Positions 20,438 through 30,442 of a stretch of DNA of 64,000 nucleotides are shown one piece after another. The translations under genes and the position numbers were made by a program. The first letter of the stretch is position 1, and each line of letters starts with the position of its first letter. The notes below the pieces were generated by a model. The model did not search any database. It had not been told where the DNA came from and saw nothing but the letters and a program-made list of their open reading frames with translations. The stretch comes from Phycisphaerae bacterium. GTDB lineage: Bacteria; Planctomycetota; Phycisphaerae; UBA1845. The stretch covers positions 681,980 to 745,979 of the forward strand of contig CAXXGO010000003.1 in assembly GCA_963666835.2 (NCBI GenBank), given 5' to 3'.

Positions 20438-21280
20438 ATGATCACCGAGGTCAGAGACCTAACCAGGCAGGATTACGAACTATTCCGCAAACTGGTCTAC
20501 GAGAAAAGCGGGATCAACCTCGGCGATCAGAAGATGCAGCTCGTTCGGGCCCGCCTCGGGAAGCGTGTGCGCCAGGACGGGTTCCCCTCTTTTCGCGCCT
20601 ACTATGAGCACGTCGCCAACGACCCTACCGGGGTGGAGCTGAGCGAGCTGCTGGATGCCATCTCCACCAACACCACTCATCTGTTTCGAGAGCCGAAGCA
20701 CTTCGAGTTTCTTCACGCTCAACTCACCCAATGGGCCTCCGACAGCAAATGGCGACATCAACATCGCACGGTGAGAATCTGGAGTGCCGCGTGCTCAAGC
20801 GGAGAAGAACCTCACTCCATCGCGATGACTGCATTCGATGCCCTCGGCAAATACCCCAATCTCGAACTCAGAATTCTGGCAACTGACATCTCGTCTCCGA
20901 TGCTCACCCGTGCCCAACGCGCCGTTTATGACATGCATCGTGTCGGAACCGTACCGCGTGAGTACCAACTCCGTTTTCTCAAGAAAGTCGTGGTGGACGG
21001 TCAACAGTGTCTGCAACTCGCTCCCGAATTGCGCCGGCTTATCAAGGTCACCCGGTTCAACTTGATGAACAAGACCTTCCCATTCCGGAATCGGTTCGAT
21101 ATAATATTTTGCCGAAACGTAATGATCTATTTTGACCGCCCCACTCAAGAGACCCTGGTTAGGAAGCTGACTGCAAACCTGCACGAGGACGGCGTTCTGC
21201 TGATCGGCCACTCCGAAAGCCTGACCAACCTCAAACATGAACTGGGCTACGTCCAACCGACGATATATCGCAAACAGTAG
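20438..21280 (+). CDS. cheR: Chemotaxis methyltransferase CheR
   Basis: STNTTHLFRE..HF, RIWSAACSSGEEP, ILATDIS, IFCRNVMIYF, GHSESL. Confidence 0.96.
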   Translation: MITEVRDLTRQDYELFRKLVYEKSGINLGDQKMQLVRARLGKRVRQDGFPSFRAYYEHVANDPTGVELSELLDAISTNTTHLFREPKHFEFLHAQLTQWASDSKWRHQHRTVRIWSAACSSGEEPHSIAMTAFDALGKYPNLELRILATDISSPMLTRAQRAVYDMHRVGTVPREYQLRFLKKVVVDGQQCLQLAPELRRLIKVTRFNLMNKTFPFRNRFDIIFCRNVMIYFDRPTQETLVRKLTANLHEDGVLLIGHSESLTNLKHELGYVQPTIYRKQ

Positions 21281-21342
21281 ACCGCAGTGCGCCAGACGAA
21301 CGCAACACGGTGATCATTCGTGTATGACTACTGAGGTTCAGA

Positions 21343-22428
21343 GTGAAGGCCCGCAATCCCATCAAGGTTCTGATTGTCGACGACTCGCTCGTGGTGCGGA
21401 AAATTCTCACCAAGGTCCTCAATAACGAAGCCGATATCGAAGTCGTCGGGGGCGCCCCAGACCCCTTCTTTGCCCGTGAGCTGATCATCTGCCATCGTCC
21501 GGACGTGATTATCCTCGACATCATCATGCCGCGGATGGACGGAATCACCTTCCTCAAAAAGTTGAAAGCCCACTATCCCGTTCCGGTCATCATCTGCAGC
21601 GGAGTGGCGCCGGCCAACAGTGCCCGAGCGTTGGAGGCTCTCGAAGCCGGGGCGATAGACGTGGTAGCCAAACCCAGTTGCGGCGGACCGGACGCCCTCC
21701 AGCAACTCGGCGAGGATCTCGCCGAGAAGATCCGGGCGGCCCACATAGCCCTGCCCGCCGCCCGCGCACCTGCTCCGCGACTGGTGACGCCACCGCGGCG
21801 GTTTCGTGACACGGGATTGGATCCGAACCACACGCTCGTTGTTATCGGCGCTTCGACCGGCGGCACCGAGGCGATAAACGAGTTACTCTCAAACGTACCC
21901 GATGACTTTCCCCCCGTCGCCATGGTTCAGCACATGCCCGCCGGGTTCACCAAGTCGTTCGCCGAACGCCTCGACCGCTTCAGCAGGCTGCAGGTCACCG
22001 AGGCGGTGGACGGTGACCATCTTATATCCGGGCGAGCGTTTCTGGCGCGCGGCGGAATTCAAATGAGCGTCACGCCCGTGGGCCAGCGTTGGCGAATCTG
22101 CTATGGTGATAGCGAGCTTGTGAACCGACACTGCCCCAGTGTTGGCGTCCTCTTCAACTCCGTCGCCCATTACGCCCGCAGCCGCGCCGTCGGCGTTCTG
22201 CTCACCGGCATGGGCGCCGACGGAGCGGACGGCCTGCTCGCCATGCGCCAAGCCGGAGCAATCACCATCGCCCAGAATCCAGAAAGTTGCGTGGTCTACG
22301 GCATGCCCAAGGCCGCAGTTGACAACGGTGCGGCACAACACCTCGCCCCGCCCGCGGCAATCCCCAACCTCATCCTGCGTGAACTCCGTAAGCGCAAAGC
22401 CGCCCGACCCTCGGCCTGCTCTTCTTGA
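21343..22428 (+). CDS. cheB: Chemotaxis methylesterase CheB
   Basis: Receiver domain plus GASTGG, VQHMP, HCPSV, LTGMGADGA, VVYGMP. Confidence 0.96.
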   Translation: MKARNPIKVLIVDDSLVVRKILTKVLNNEADIEVVGGAPDPFFARELIICHRPDVIILDIIMPRMDGITFLKKLKAHYPVPVIICSGVAPANSARALEALEAGAIDVVAKPSCGGPDALQQLGEDLAEKIRAAHIALPAARAPAPRLVTPPRRFRDTGLDPNHTLVVIGASTGGTEAINELLSNVPDDFPPVAMVQHMPAGFTKSFAERLDRFSRLQVTEAVDGDHLISGRAFLARGGIQMSVTPVGQRWRICYGDSELVNRHCPSVGVLFNSVAHYARSRAVGVLLTGMGADGADGLLAMRQAGAITIAQNPESCVVYGMPKAAVDNGAAQHLAPPAAIPNLILRELRKRKAARPSACSS

Positions 22429-22545
22429 TCGACCCTCCGCGCAACATCGTCCTCGAAGACCTTTGACAGACGTGTCGGATCCGCATCCACAGCCCGCCAT
22501 ATTGGTAACAGCGAAAGTGCTGTGACCCAGCGTGGGGGGATGATT

Positions 22546-23700
22546 CTACGACTTCTGCGCAACCGGCTGGTGCGGCAGACCAACGGCAAAAAGACCGATC
22601 CGCTTCTCGCCCACGGTATTGCTCACAAACACGAAGTAGTCTGCCTTGAACCCGGGTGGAACCAAGGCGACCAGCCGCGCCGGAAGCTCCCGCGCCACCG
22701 CCACACCGGTCGGCAAAGGCGTCCCCCCCAGATCATTGCCCGGCCCGCCGAACAACATGAGCAACCGCCCATTGCGGTCAAAGAGGTGGACATATCCGAA
22801 TGAGCAATCCGCAACGAAAACAACTCCATCCGGACCAACGTCCAGATGCTTGGGTGCACCCAAGTCGCCATAGCGATTACCCGGCCGCCCGACGGCTCTG
22901 ACGAATCCGTGATCGCGGCCTAGCACCTGGATTCGCCCGTTCAACATATCCGACACGAACAGATTCCCATCATCATCCCCGGCCAAGCCGATCGGAAAGT
23001 AGAACCGCCCCGGCTCACTCCCCACTCCGCCGATGGCCTCCAGATAGGTGCCGTCCGCCATAGAAAACGCCCCGATCTGATGGGCGGCAACGTCGGCAAC
23101 GAACAGCTTCCCCGCAACAACCGCGACGGCTACCGGCTGATATTCACCCTCTTCCGAGCGCCGGAATCGAAGCCGGGCCTGCCCCGCAGAGTCAAAAGAC
23201 ACGACTTCCGCTCGCCCGGTATCGGCTACATAGATGGTCCCGCCTTCGTCGACGGCAACCGCCACCGGCTTTGCCAACACAACGTCACCGCGCCCCCCAA
23301 TTCGGGAACCCTTACCCGCCGCCAGATCCCAATCGTGAACAACGTTGAGCCCCGTATCACAGATGTAGAGGTGCCCGTCGGCATAGGCGACACCTGCAGG
23401 CGTAGCGACATACGGACCGGCGGATCGGCCACGGAAGAGCTCCGTCCAACTACCGCGGCGCGGAGCAATGTCCGCGAGACTATTAAACGACTTCAAGTGA
23501 ACGACATGCGGAACCGCCGGCGGGGGCGGAAAATAGACGGGATCCGCCTTGGGCGCAGTAGAGGCACACCCCAACGGAAGCGCCCCCACCAGCAACAGGA
23601 CGGCCAACAGCGCGCAGCCGCATCTCGCGGTCGTAACCGCATCGCCGCAGGCCCTGATACCAAGTGCGCGGCGAATCACTTCTTGTGGCAGACCAGACAC
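22546..23700 (-). CDS. NHL-repeat beta-propeller lipoprotein (true start probably slightly downstream)
   Basis: Lipobox PLGC; six NHL-like repeats (P.GVA..LYICDT, GRFYFPIGLA, DLGAPKHLDV). Confidence 0.88.
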   Translation of the reverse strand: MSGLPQEVIRRALGIRACGDAVTTARCGCALLAVLLLVGALPLGCASTAPKADPVYFPPPPAVPHVVHLKSFNSLADIAPRRGSWTELFRGRSAGPYVATPAGVAYADGHLYICDTGLNVVHDWDLAAGKGSRIGGRGDVVLAKPVAVAVDEGGTIYVADTGRAEVVSFDSAGQARLRFRRSEEGEYQPVAVAVVAGKLFVADVAAHQIGAFSMADGTYLEAIGGVGSEPGRFYFPIGLAGDDDGNLFVSDMLNGRIQVLGRDHGFVRAVGRPGNRYGDLGAPKHLDVGPDGVVFVADCSFGYVHLFDRNGRLLMLFGGPGNDLGGTPLPTGVAVARELPARLVALVPPGFKADYFVFVSNTVGEKRIGLFAVGLPHQPVAQKS

Positions 23701-24260
23701 AGCGCGCTACGCCCGTTGCTGGTAACGAGCATGTGCTCTTCACCCGACATGTCGTGCGGATCATGACACGAACTACACTCGACCCGGTTCTCCGGAAGCG
23801 TTACGGTACCTGTGGCGACAACACTCGTAATCGGCCGGTACCCCTTATCGAACTGGGGGTACTCAACGCCGACGGGATGATCGCTGCGCTGATGGCCGCC
23901 GGCAAACACCCCCGAGTGCTGCCGATTGGCAAATCTCTCTTTGGTCTGATCACTTACGCTATCCTTGGCGATCGTCCCGTCGTGACACCGTAGGCAGACA
24001 CTGGTCCCTTCACCCGCGCGCCGCGTTCCGTTCAGCGGCGACCCAAAAACGCGGTTGAGGTCGGCCTTGGCATCCCACAGCGGAGCAGCCTCCGGCGGCT
24101 CGGAGCGCTGCGGCCCGTGGCACGCACTACACCCGTCTCCGCCCGCCCATTCGGCGTTGCTGAAATCGTGCTTAGATCCCTTGACGTCACCCCAAGCCCA
24201 TCCGCCGAGGATTGCCAGAACCAAAACAACCGCAACGCTAGTGACTCTCGTTCTTGTCAT
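23676..24260 (-). CDS. Tetraheme cytochrome c, OmcE-like
   Basis: Signal peptide; CSACH, CLRCH, CSSCH, CLVCH; motif order SKHD..PLW..CHDG..SDHPV..VEC..CHDPH..SALCLVCHKK. Confidence 0.9.
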   Translation of the reverse strand: MTRTRVTSVAVVLVLAILGGWAWGDVKGSKHDFSNAEWAGGDGCSACHGPQRSEPPEAAPLWDAKADLNRVFGSPLNGTRRAGEGTSVCLRCHDGTIAKDSVSDQTKERFANRQHSGVFAGGHQRSDHPVGVEYPQFDKGYRPITSVVATGTVTLPENRVECSSCHDPHDMSGEEHMLVTSNGRSALCLVCHKK

Positions 24261-26044
24261 CGGCTTACTCCCCGCGATCGGGATCTACTCGCTCCGGCGG
24301 CCGTCGCATTGGCGTACGGGAAATTGACGTGCGGGAATCCGTGACACGTCATCGTACACGTACCCGAGAACCGCCCGGTGTCTACATACTCCACTCGTCG
24401 CCCCGTCGAAGTATCCGCAGGGGTCACGACCGCCAAATCGAAATTGAGCAGGTGGCTGTGATTCGTGGCGTTGCCTTGCCCTCGGTACACGCCGTGAGGA
24501 TCGTGACAAACGACGCACGGGGTACGAATATCCACAATATGCCGCCGGTGCCGCGAGAAACTCTCGTCATTCAGAATACTCTGGCGATCATGGCATCCAT
24601 AGCATAGTGCATAGGAGTCGGCGCTCTCCGACGTGAAATCAGCCGTATCGAGATTACGCACAAGCAAGCCATCATTCAACGAGCCGTGGGGACCGTTTGC
24701 CCCGGAGCCTCCCGCCGAACGAGCATTGTCACTGTTGTGGCAATCCGTACACGTAATCACGCTGCCCGCATTCAACGGCGAGAGCAAACTGGGCACCTCG
24801 GAATTGCGCCGCGGACCGGCTACAGGATGGAACGACGGATTTGACGTTTGAAACTCGAATCGCACGTTTGTTTGACTTACCTGCCGGGAAGTTCCCAGCC
24901 GCGGCCGCAACGCGCTGTCCCCGTGGCACTTGAGGCAAATCTCGTAGAGATAATCGGCACGCTCCGTCTCGCGGCCGGAGATAGTCACTCCGGATACGTG
25001 CAGATTCGGTCCCTTGACCGTCTGCCCGAGAGTCCCGCGGACTACCCCCACCCGATTCGCCTGGGCCGCGTGCGGATTGTGGCAATCTACGCACTCCACG
25101 TGACGCCTCATGGTAAAAGGCGTCTCCGCAGCATCATGCACGCCCGTGCGCCAGCGCGGGTCGTGCCCCGAGCGTTTCCGGATGTCTGCCGCGATATTGA
25201 ACGAAGCTACCGCCCCGCTGTGGCAATTCAGGCAGTTATCTTCCTCGGCAGTATGCCGCAGCAACCGCTCCGCCTCGGGAGCCGAATGAATCTTATGGCA
25301 AACCATGCAGCCGTTATCGCGAACAGTGCCGTATTTCAGACGTTCCCGGGCATCCACTGCCCGCCCGGTCGTGCGTTTGCGGCTGGTGGTATGTGAGGCG
25401 CGGTACCATCCGTCAAGATCATGGCAGGTCACGCAAATCGCCGACATCTGGTCGGACACCCGCAGAAAATCGCCCAGCGCGTTGTTGTGCGGATCGTGGC
25501 ACGTGGTGCAATGCACTTCCCCGTGCGGCCCCATGGGCATATCCCGCGACACCACCTCCGGTGGACGCACCTGACGATCCGAGTTGCTCAACGCCCGATC
25601 GTAATGGAACCCGATCGGGTGATCGTCAGACAGATCGCCGGTCAGATCGGCGCTGCCGGGTGGAATCGTCCGCGCGGTCATCACCATCGGCTCCGTCACC
25701 GAAAGCGAGAGCAGACTGCCCAGGGCCATGGAACCGTCGTGGCAGCTCAGACACATCTTCGACGGCCCGGAGGGCTGATCGATCCGGGCATCCGTCGTCG
25801 AACTATCGTAGATCCGATAGTGAGTACGCGGATTCTCCCGGTTCCACAACGGAGTCTGCGGAGCGGCGTTGTGCGGCGTGTGGCAAAAGATACAAACTTC
25901 GTCTTCCCCGATCGCTCGAATCGGTCCCGGTCCGCGGACCGAGAGATCATGTTTCGAGTTGACGATCGATTCATCGCCGAACGCGACCACCGAAACGGTC
26001 GCAAGCACAACACTGCCGGCAAGCTGAACGCGTCGCATCCTCAT
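24257..26044 (-). CDS. Dodecaheme cytochrome c with an N-terminal OmcE-like module
   Basis: Signal peptide; 11 CxxCH (CIFCH, CLSCH, CTTCH, CVTCH, CMVCH, CLNCH, CVDCH, CLKCH, CTDCH, CYGCH, CVVCH) plus one CxxxCH (CTMTCH). Confidence 0.93.
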   Translation of the reverse strand: MRMRRVQLAGSVVLATVSVVAFGDESIVNSKHDLSVRGPGPIRAIGEDEVCIFCHTPHNAAPQTPLWNRENPRTHYRIYDSSTTDARIDQPSGPSKMCLSCHDGSMALGSLLSLSVTEPMVMTARTIPPGSADLTGDLSDDHPIGFHYDRALSNSDRQVRPPEVVSRDMPMGPHGEVHCTTCHDPHNNALGDFLRVSDQMSAICVTCHDLDGWYRASHTTSRKRTTGRAVDARERLKYGTVRDNGCMVCHKIHSAPEAERLLRHTAEEDNCLNCHSGAVASFNIAADIRKRSGHDPRWRTGVHDAAETPFTMRRHVECVDCHNPHAAQANRVGVVRGTLGQTVKGPNLHVSGVTISGRETERADYLYEICLKCHGDSALRPRLGTSRQVSQTNVRFEFQTSNPSFHPVAGPRRNSEVPSLLSPLNAGSVITCTDCHNSDNARSAGGSGANGPHGSLNDGLLVRNLDTADFTSESADSYALCYGCHDRQSILNDESFSRHRRHIVDIRTPCVVCHDPHGVYRGQGNATNHSHLLNFDLAVVTPADTSTGRRVEYVDTGRFSGTCTMTCHGFPHVNFPYANATAAGASRSRSRGVSR

Positions 26045-27066
26045 AGCGCGGCCCTCACATACTCGAATACCTGAATGCGGCGATTGCCCCCGTCCGCCAC
26101 CCAGATTCGGTCATCCTTGCCAACTGCGATACCGGTCGGTAGCCAGAACTCGCCCGGATCTTGGCCTTCTTCACCAAATGCCATCAACAAACGCCCCTCG
26201 CCGTCAAACACCTGAACATTCTCGAACTGCGCGTCGACCACGTAGAGGTGACCGTCACCGTCGACGGCCACACCCTTGGGCAAAGCGAAATCGCCCGCTC
26301 CGTCCCCCTTCTGCCCGATACTACGAACAAAGGAGCCGTCCGGGCCCAACAGTTGCACGCGGCAATTCCCACTGTCCGTAACCAGCAACCGACCATCGTG
26401 CCAACACACGTGCGTGGGATAGTTGAACTGTCCGGGACCCGTGCCTCGGCTCCCGAAACTATCCACCAGCTTCCCGTCCGGCGTAAACACCGCCAGGCAG
26501 TGCGTGCCCCCGCTTACGACATAAAGCAAGTCGCGCTCCGCTACGTACGCGATGCCGACCGGGCGGCGCAGAACATCGCCGCCGAATCTTCGCCGGAAAC
26601 TCCCCTGCCGATCAAACTCAATCACTTCGCCCCGTTGAGCATCCGTTACGAAAAGACGATCCTGCGCCCAAGTCACACCGAAAGGACTCCCCAACCGCTC
26701 ATCGCCGAACCCGGCAATACGCACATGCGTCCGGGCGTCGAGATCCAGCACGTGCACCGTCGCCTGCCCCCCGTCCGCAACCGCCAAGAGTGCCGGATCA
26801 CGGAAGGCAACTCCCTGCGGCCGCGAGAAAGACAGCGGAGGCCGCGGACCGCGCAAGGCCGCCCGTAGCGCCTCGCCCCCGGATCGCCCCGCCTTGAGGT
26901 CTGCGCTGCCCGACAGGGTTCCGACCAACCTTACTCGGGCAACGTCCGGCGGTGCCGGCCAAACCTTCGCCGGCACAATCGGCTCGAACAGCACCCCCTG
27001 AGGGCGAGCACACGCCCCGAGAAGCGCCGCCCCCAACAACGAAGCGAGCCCTGCTATCGCCCGCAC
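26041..27066 (-). CDS. NHL-repeat beta-propeller lipoprotein
   Basis: Probable GTG start at 27066, lipobox LGAC; GQFNYPTHV, GDFALPKGVAVD, GEFWLPTGIAV, NRRIQVF. Confidence 0.92.
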   Translation of the reverse strand: MRAIAGLASLLGAALLGACARPQGVLFEPIVPAKVWPAPPDVARVRLVGTLSGSADLKAGRSGGEALRAALRGPRPPLSFSRPQGVAFRDPALLAVADGGQATVHVLDLDARTHVRIAGFGDERLGSPFGVTWAQDRLFVTDAQRGEVIEFDRQGSFRRRFGGDVLRRPVGIAYVAERDLLYVVSGGTHCLAVFTPDGKLVDSFGSRGTGPGQFNYPTHVCWHDGRLLVTDSGNCRVQLLGPDGSFVRSIGQKGDGAGDFALPKGVAVDGDGHLYVVDAQFENVQVFDGEGRLLMAFGEEGQDPGEFWLPTGIAVGKDDRIWVADGGNRRIQVFEYVRAAL

Positions 27067-27070
27067 GTCG

Positions 27071-29131
27071 TTACCACTTGGCCAGCACATTCGGAATGTC
27101 CCTGCGCACGCGGAAATAAACGCCGAAATCCTCTTCTTCGGACTCCGGCAACCCCAAACGATCGTACTCTACGGTCAACTCGCCCGAGAAATCGCCAACG
27201 ATGTACTCCAGACCGGCGGTCACATCCCAGGAATTCGTGTCCCCGGCAACAGAATCATCCTCAAACCGGTACGCGATCCGCTCAACGGTTGACAGCGATT
27301 CCGTCAGACGCCAACGATGATCCAACTCCACATCCACCATCGTTACGTCACGACCGAAGGAATCGTCCTCGAAGCACATCCGCGAAAACCGGCTCGACAG
27401 ATCCAAGTTATGGTCCGGGCTGCGTACAACATGGAGCAAGCCGTTGACGTGTACCGCATCGTACGGATCCACCGTATCGTCAAAGATCTCGAATTCTGCC
27501 CCGAGACTGAACCGCTCCTGCTCGTAGTTAACCCCCAGCCGGTGATGATTCGTTCGATCCACCCACCGGGCAAAGCCGGTCGAACCCTCGTTCTCCTGGT
27601 TGCGATAGGACCACCGGTAGTAGGGTGTCAAGCCGAAGGTGAACCGCTGCTCGACGTTAAAATCGACGCGCATCGTGTCGATCTTCCCGTCGGCCGGGGT
27701 GCGATACTCATAGTCGATCAGCACCGTGTCTCCGTCGGCAATCTGCCCGGTACGAAGCCGCAACAGGCGCGTGACATTACCTTGCCGGCTGACCACGTAA
27801 TCCACGCCGGGGCGCAGGTAGCGCCGATTGGTGGCATCGGTGACCAGAATGGTCGCCTGTACCACATTGCGATTTCGCAGAATGATGGACAACGGATCAC
27901 GGAACGTGCCCGACTCGTCGAGCACAATCCGGCGGCCGTTGTCCCCGCTGATATCTTCGGTGTCGTACGCCAGAGCCAGATTGGCATTGAGATGGCCAAA
28001 CCGGTTCCGGCGGTTGTACTGCCAATCGACCGCCGCTCCGTACTGAACGGTCTCTACGTCGTCTTCGATGTCCTCATAAAGCCCGAAGACATCCACTGTC
28101 GTCGTGAGATTGCTGTACATCTGATGCACAAGCTGGAAGTCCGCCCGGTGGGTGTCGATGTCCAGTTCTTCGTAGCGCTCCCGGTTGTGCTGGTACGTGT
28201 ACATCGTCTGCAGGGAATCGCTGTGGTGCAGAGTCAGTTGCTGGCTCGACTCGTACAGATCGCGTGCGAAGTCGCCGCTCTCCTCCTGCCAACGGACGAA
28301 GCTGCGCAGACTGTGCTGAGACTCCGAGCCGAACTCCCAATCGTGCGTCAACTTGACGAGATCGCGCGTCGTCTCGAACGCGTCATCCAGCCCTTGATAC
28401 TCCTGCTTCGTCTCCCCGTGCTCGTACGAAAGTGAAAACTTCCGGTGCTCCGATACCAGCCAATCCGCAGCCCAATGGAACGTGCTTTCCGTGTAGTGCT
28501 CGTCGTCCCCGTCGTACCAGTTTCCGGTTCGATCCGTCTCGAGGTAATCGTAAGACAACTCCATCGGAATCTTGTCGTGGGCGAAAACCCAGTTGGTTCC
28601 GAAGCCCGTCCGTTCCTCGTCGAGCGTCGGCTGGAACCGGCGATTGATGCGGTCATCCCGGCGGAGTGCGTACAACGACCCCGACAGAATCTTGCCCTGC
28701 AGGAAGTTGACCCGCGCGTCGTAATGCACCAGATAACCGTTGTCGTCATCCGTGCGCGTGCCGTACCCGCTGATCTTCTCTTCGTAACGATCTTGCGTCA
28801 GAGCAAAGCTGAAATCACCGGCAAAAGTGATGAACCCCGGATCCAGCACCGTACCTCCCAGCTTCAAACCGACCCGCTCTTCGAAGCCGTAATCGGTGTT
28901 CTTCTGGGTGCGCTTCTGCCGGGCGCCCGTAAGGTCCCGCGAGGTTACCATCGTTCGCGTATACTCGCCTTTGAACTCAAGATAGGCATCGAGGTGATCG
29001 AGGCTAAGATAATCCTGCCGCGCGGCCGACGAGTCCTCGTCATCCGCAACCGCAGCGTTTCCGAGAGCCGCGACCCCAACGAACGCCACCCCGATACATC
29101 CAAGGCGAAAGGTGCTCACCGCGCCAACCAT
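27071..29131 (-). CDS. Large outer-membrane beta-barrel (porin) protein
   Basis: Signal peptide; 686 aa with alternating aromatic/polar strands rich in Y, D and R; no Cys motifs; near-terminal strand FGVYFRVRRD; first gene of a multiheme operon. Confidence 0.75.
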   Translation of the reverse strand: MVGAVSTFRLGCIGVAFVGVAALGNAAVADDEDSSAARQDYLSLDHLDAYLEFKGEYTRTMVTSRDLTGARQKRTQKNTDYGFEERVGLKLGGTVLDPGFITFAGDFSFALTQDRYEEKISGYGTRTDDDNGYLVHYDARVNFLQGKILSGSLYALRRDDRINRRFQPTLDEERTGFGTNWVFAHDKIPMELSYDYLETDRTGNWYDGDDEHYTESTFHWAADWLVSEHRKFSLSYEHGETKQEYQGLDDAFETTRDLVKLTHDWEFGSESQHSLRSFVRWQEESGDFARDLYESSQQLTLHHSDSLQTMYTYQHNRERYEELDIDTHRADFQLVHQMYSNLTTTVDVFGLYEDIEDDVETVQYGAAVDWQYNRRNRFGHLNANLALAYDTEDISGDNGRRIVLDESGTFRDPLSIILRNRNVVQATILVTDATNRRYLRPGVDYVVSRQGNVTRLLRLRTGQIADGDTVLIDYEYRTPADGKIDTMRVDFNVEQRFTFGLTPYYRWSYRNQENEGSTGFARWVDRTNHHRLGVNYEQERFSLGAEFEIFDDTVDPYDAVHVNGLLHVVRSPDHNLDLSSRFSRMCFEDDSFGRDVTMVDVELDHRWRLTESLSTVERIAYRFEDDSVAGDTNSWDVTAGLEYIVGDFSGELTVEYDRLGLPESEEEDFGVYFRVRRDIPNVLAKW

Positions 29132-29680
29132 GTTACACCCGCCCTCTGGTTTGTTTCGACCGTCAGGTCTCTTGCCATGTACTCAGCGTCGCTCGCCTCC
29201 CGTACGGCGAGGCCAGTCCAATAGTCACGCGACGATATTAACGATGCCGCTACGCATGGCAACCGCCGGAACCAGGTTCATTGCCGTTGCTCCAGGTCGG
29301 ACCGTTCGCGCTATCAACCCGTTATATCGATAAGACTGCAGTCCGCCGGCCAGCCAACTTGACCGCCGCTGCAGAGCGGTGTGTCCAGCCGACTGCCGGT
29401 CCGATCTGCGTAGATCGGCCTACCGCATCCGAGATTCCACGCCCCGTCATGCCGACGCAACCTATTATCTGACAAGGGCCTTCGCGACATTTCACACCCC
29501 ACGCGGATGCTGCTGGGCTGAACTTGCCGAACCCAAGCCGGGCAACCACGCCCGGCCGCGCCGAGTCTACCGCCTGCGCGAACTTGGACCGGCGGCATTG
29601 AACTTCTGCCGTTGGAGTGTATTGTACCGCGGATAGTGTGGACCTTGGAGTAAGAAGCTGCTCTCAGCAGAGGCGCGGTC

Positions 29681-30253
29681 ATGCGGAAGCTCGGATTGGC
29701 TGTATCAATCGTGTTAATCGTAAGTCTCGGCTGCTCCCAGGCGGCCCGCGACAGTTTCAAACACTGGTTCTTCGAAATCCCCGAACAATCGGAGGTAACT
29801 TCCGAGGCACCTGCCGCCGAACCGGAGAGTTCTTCGGCAAAGGCGGAGACGGCGCCCCATCAGGTCGAATCGAAGTACCTTTCGGTCCACGCCCCTTACG
29901 CGGATCGACAGTGCAATCGCTGCCATGACCCCGAGCAGCGCATGGCCGTGCGCGATGACCTTGAGGGTTGCTGCCTTTCGTGCCACCGGCAGTACTTCGA
30001 CGAGGATACTATCGAGCATTCCCCGGTCGCCGACCGAGAGTGCCTGACATGCCACGACTTGCATCGGAGCACGCAACTCAGCCTGCTCAAGGGCTCCGTC
30101 CTTGAATTGTGCGCTCCGTGCCATGACGAGCCGAGTGAGTTGAGTGAGGACGCGCACGGCGGCGAAGGCGTGGAGAACTGTGTTCGTTGTCATGATCCCC
30201 ATTTCGGGGAAGCACCGTATTTAAAGCCCGGAGTAGAGGGTTCAGAGGACTAA
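29681..30253 (+). CDS. Pentaheme cytochrome c lipoprotein
   Basis: Lipobox SLGC; CNRCH, CLSCH, CLTCH, CAPCH, CVRCH with H.P distal-ligand motifs. Confidence 0.92.
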   Translation: MRKLGLAVSIVLIVSLGCSQAARDSFKHWFFEIPEQSEVTSEAPAAEPESSSAKAETAPHQVESKYLSVHAPYADRQCNRCHDPEQRMAVRDDLEGCCLSCHRQYFDEDTIEHSPVADRECLTCHDLHRSTQLSLLKGSVLELCAPCHDEPSELSEDAHGGEGVENCVRCHDPHFGEAPYLKPGVEGSED

Positions 30254-30442
30254 CGACGCGCAAGGGATCGAGGCCGATTGGGTCGGCCTGTGGCGTACCC
30301 GTGGCGGGTCGCGCCGGAGACGGTGAGTAAGAGCAGGGCGCTTGCCGTTTCGCCGAGGACATTCTCGCGAAGGATTACGACCGCTCTTGGGCATGGCTAG
30401 ACCCCAAGCCAAGCGGTCGAGCAGAAGATCTAAGGAGTCATC

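Noticed and set aside
27317..28435. 372-aa plus-strand ORF
   Set aside because: Antisense shadow of the beta-barrel gene.
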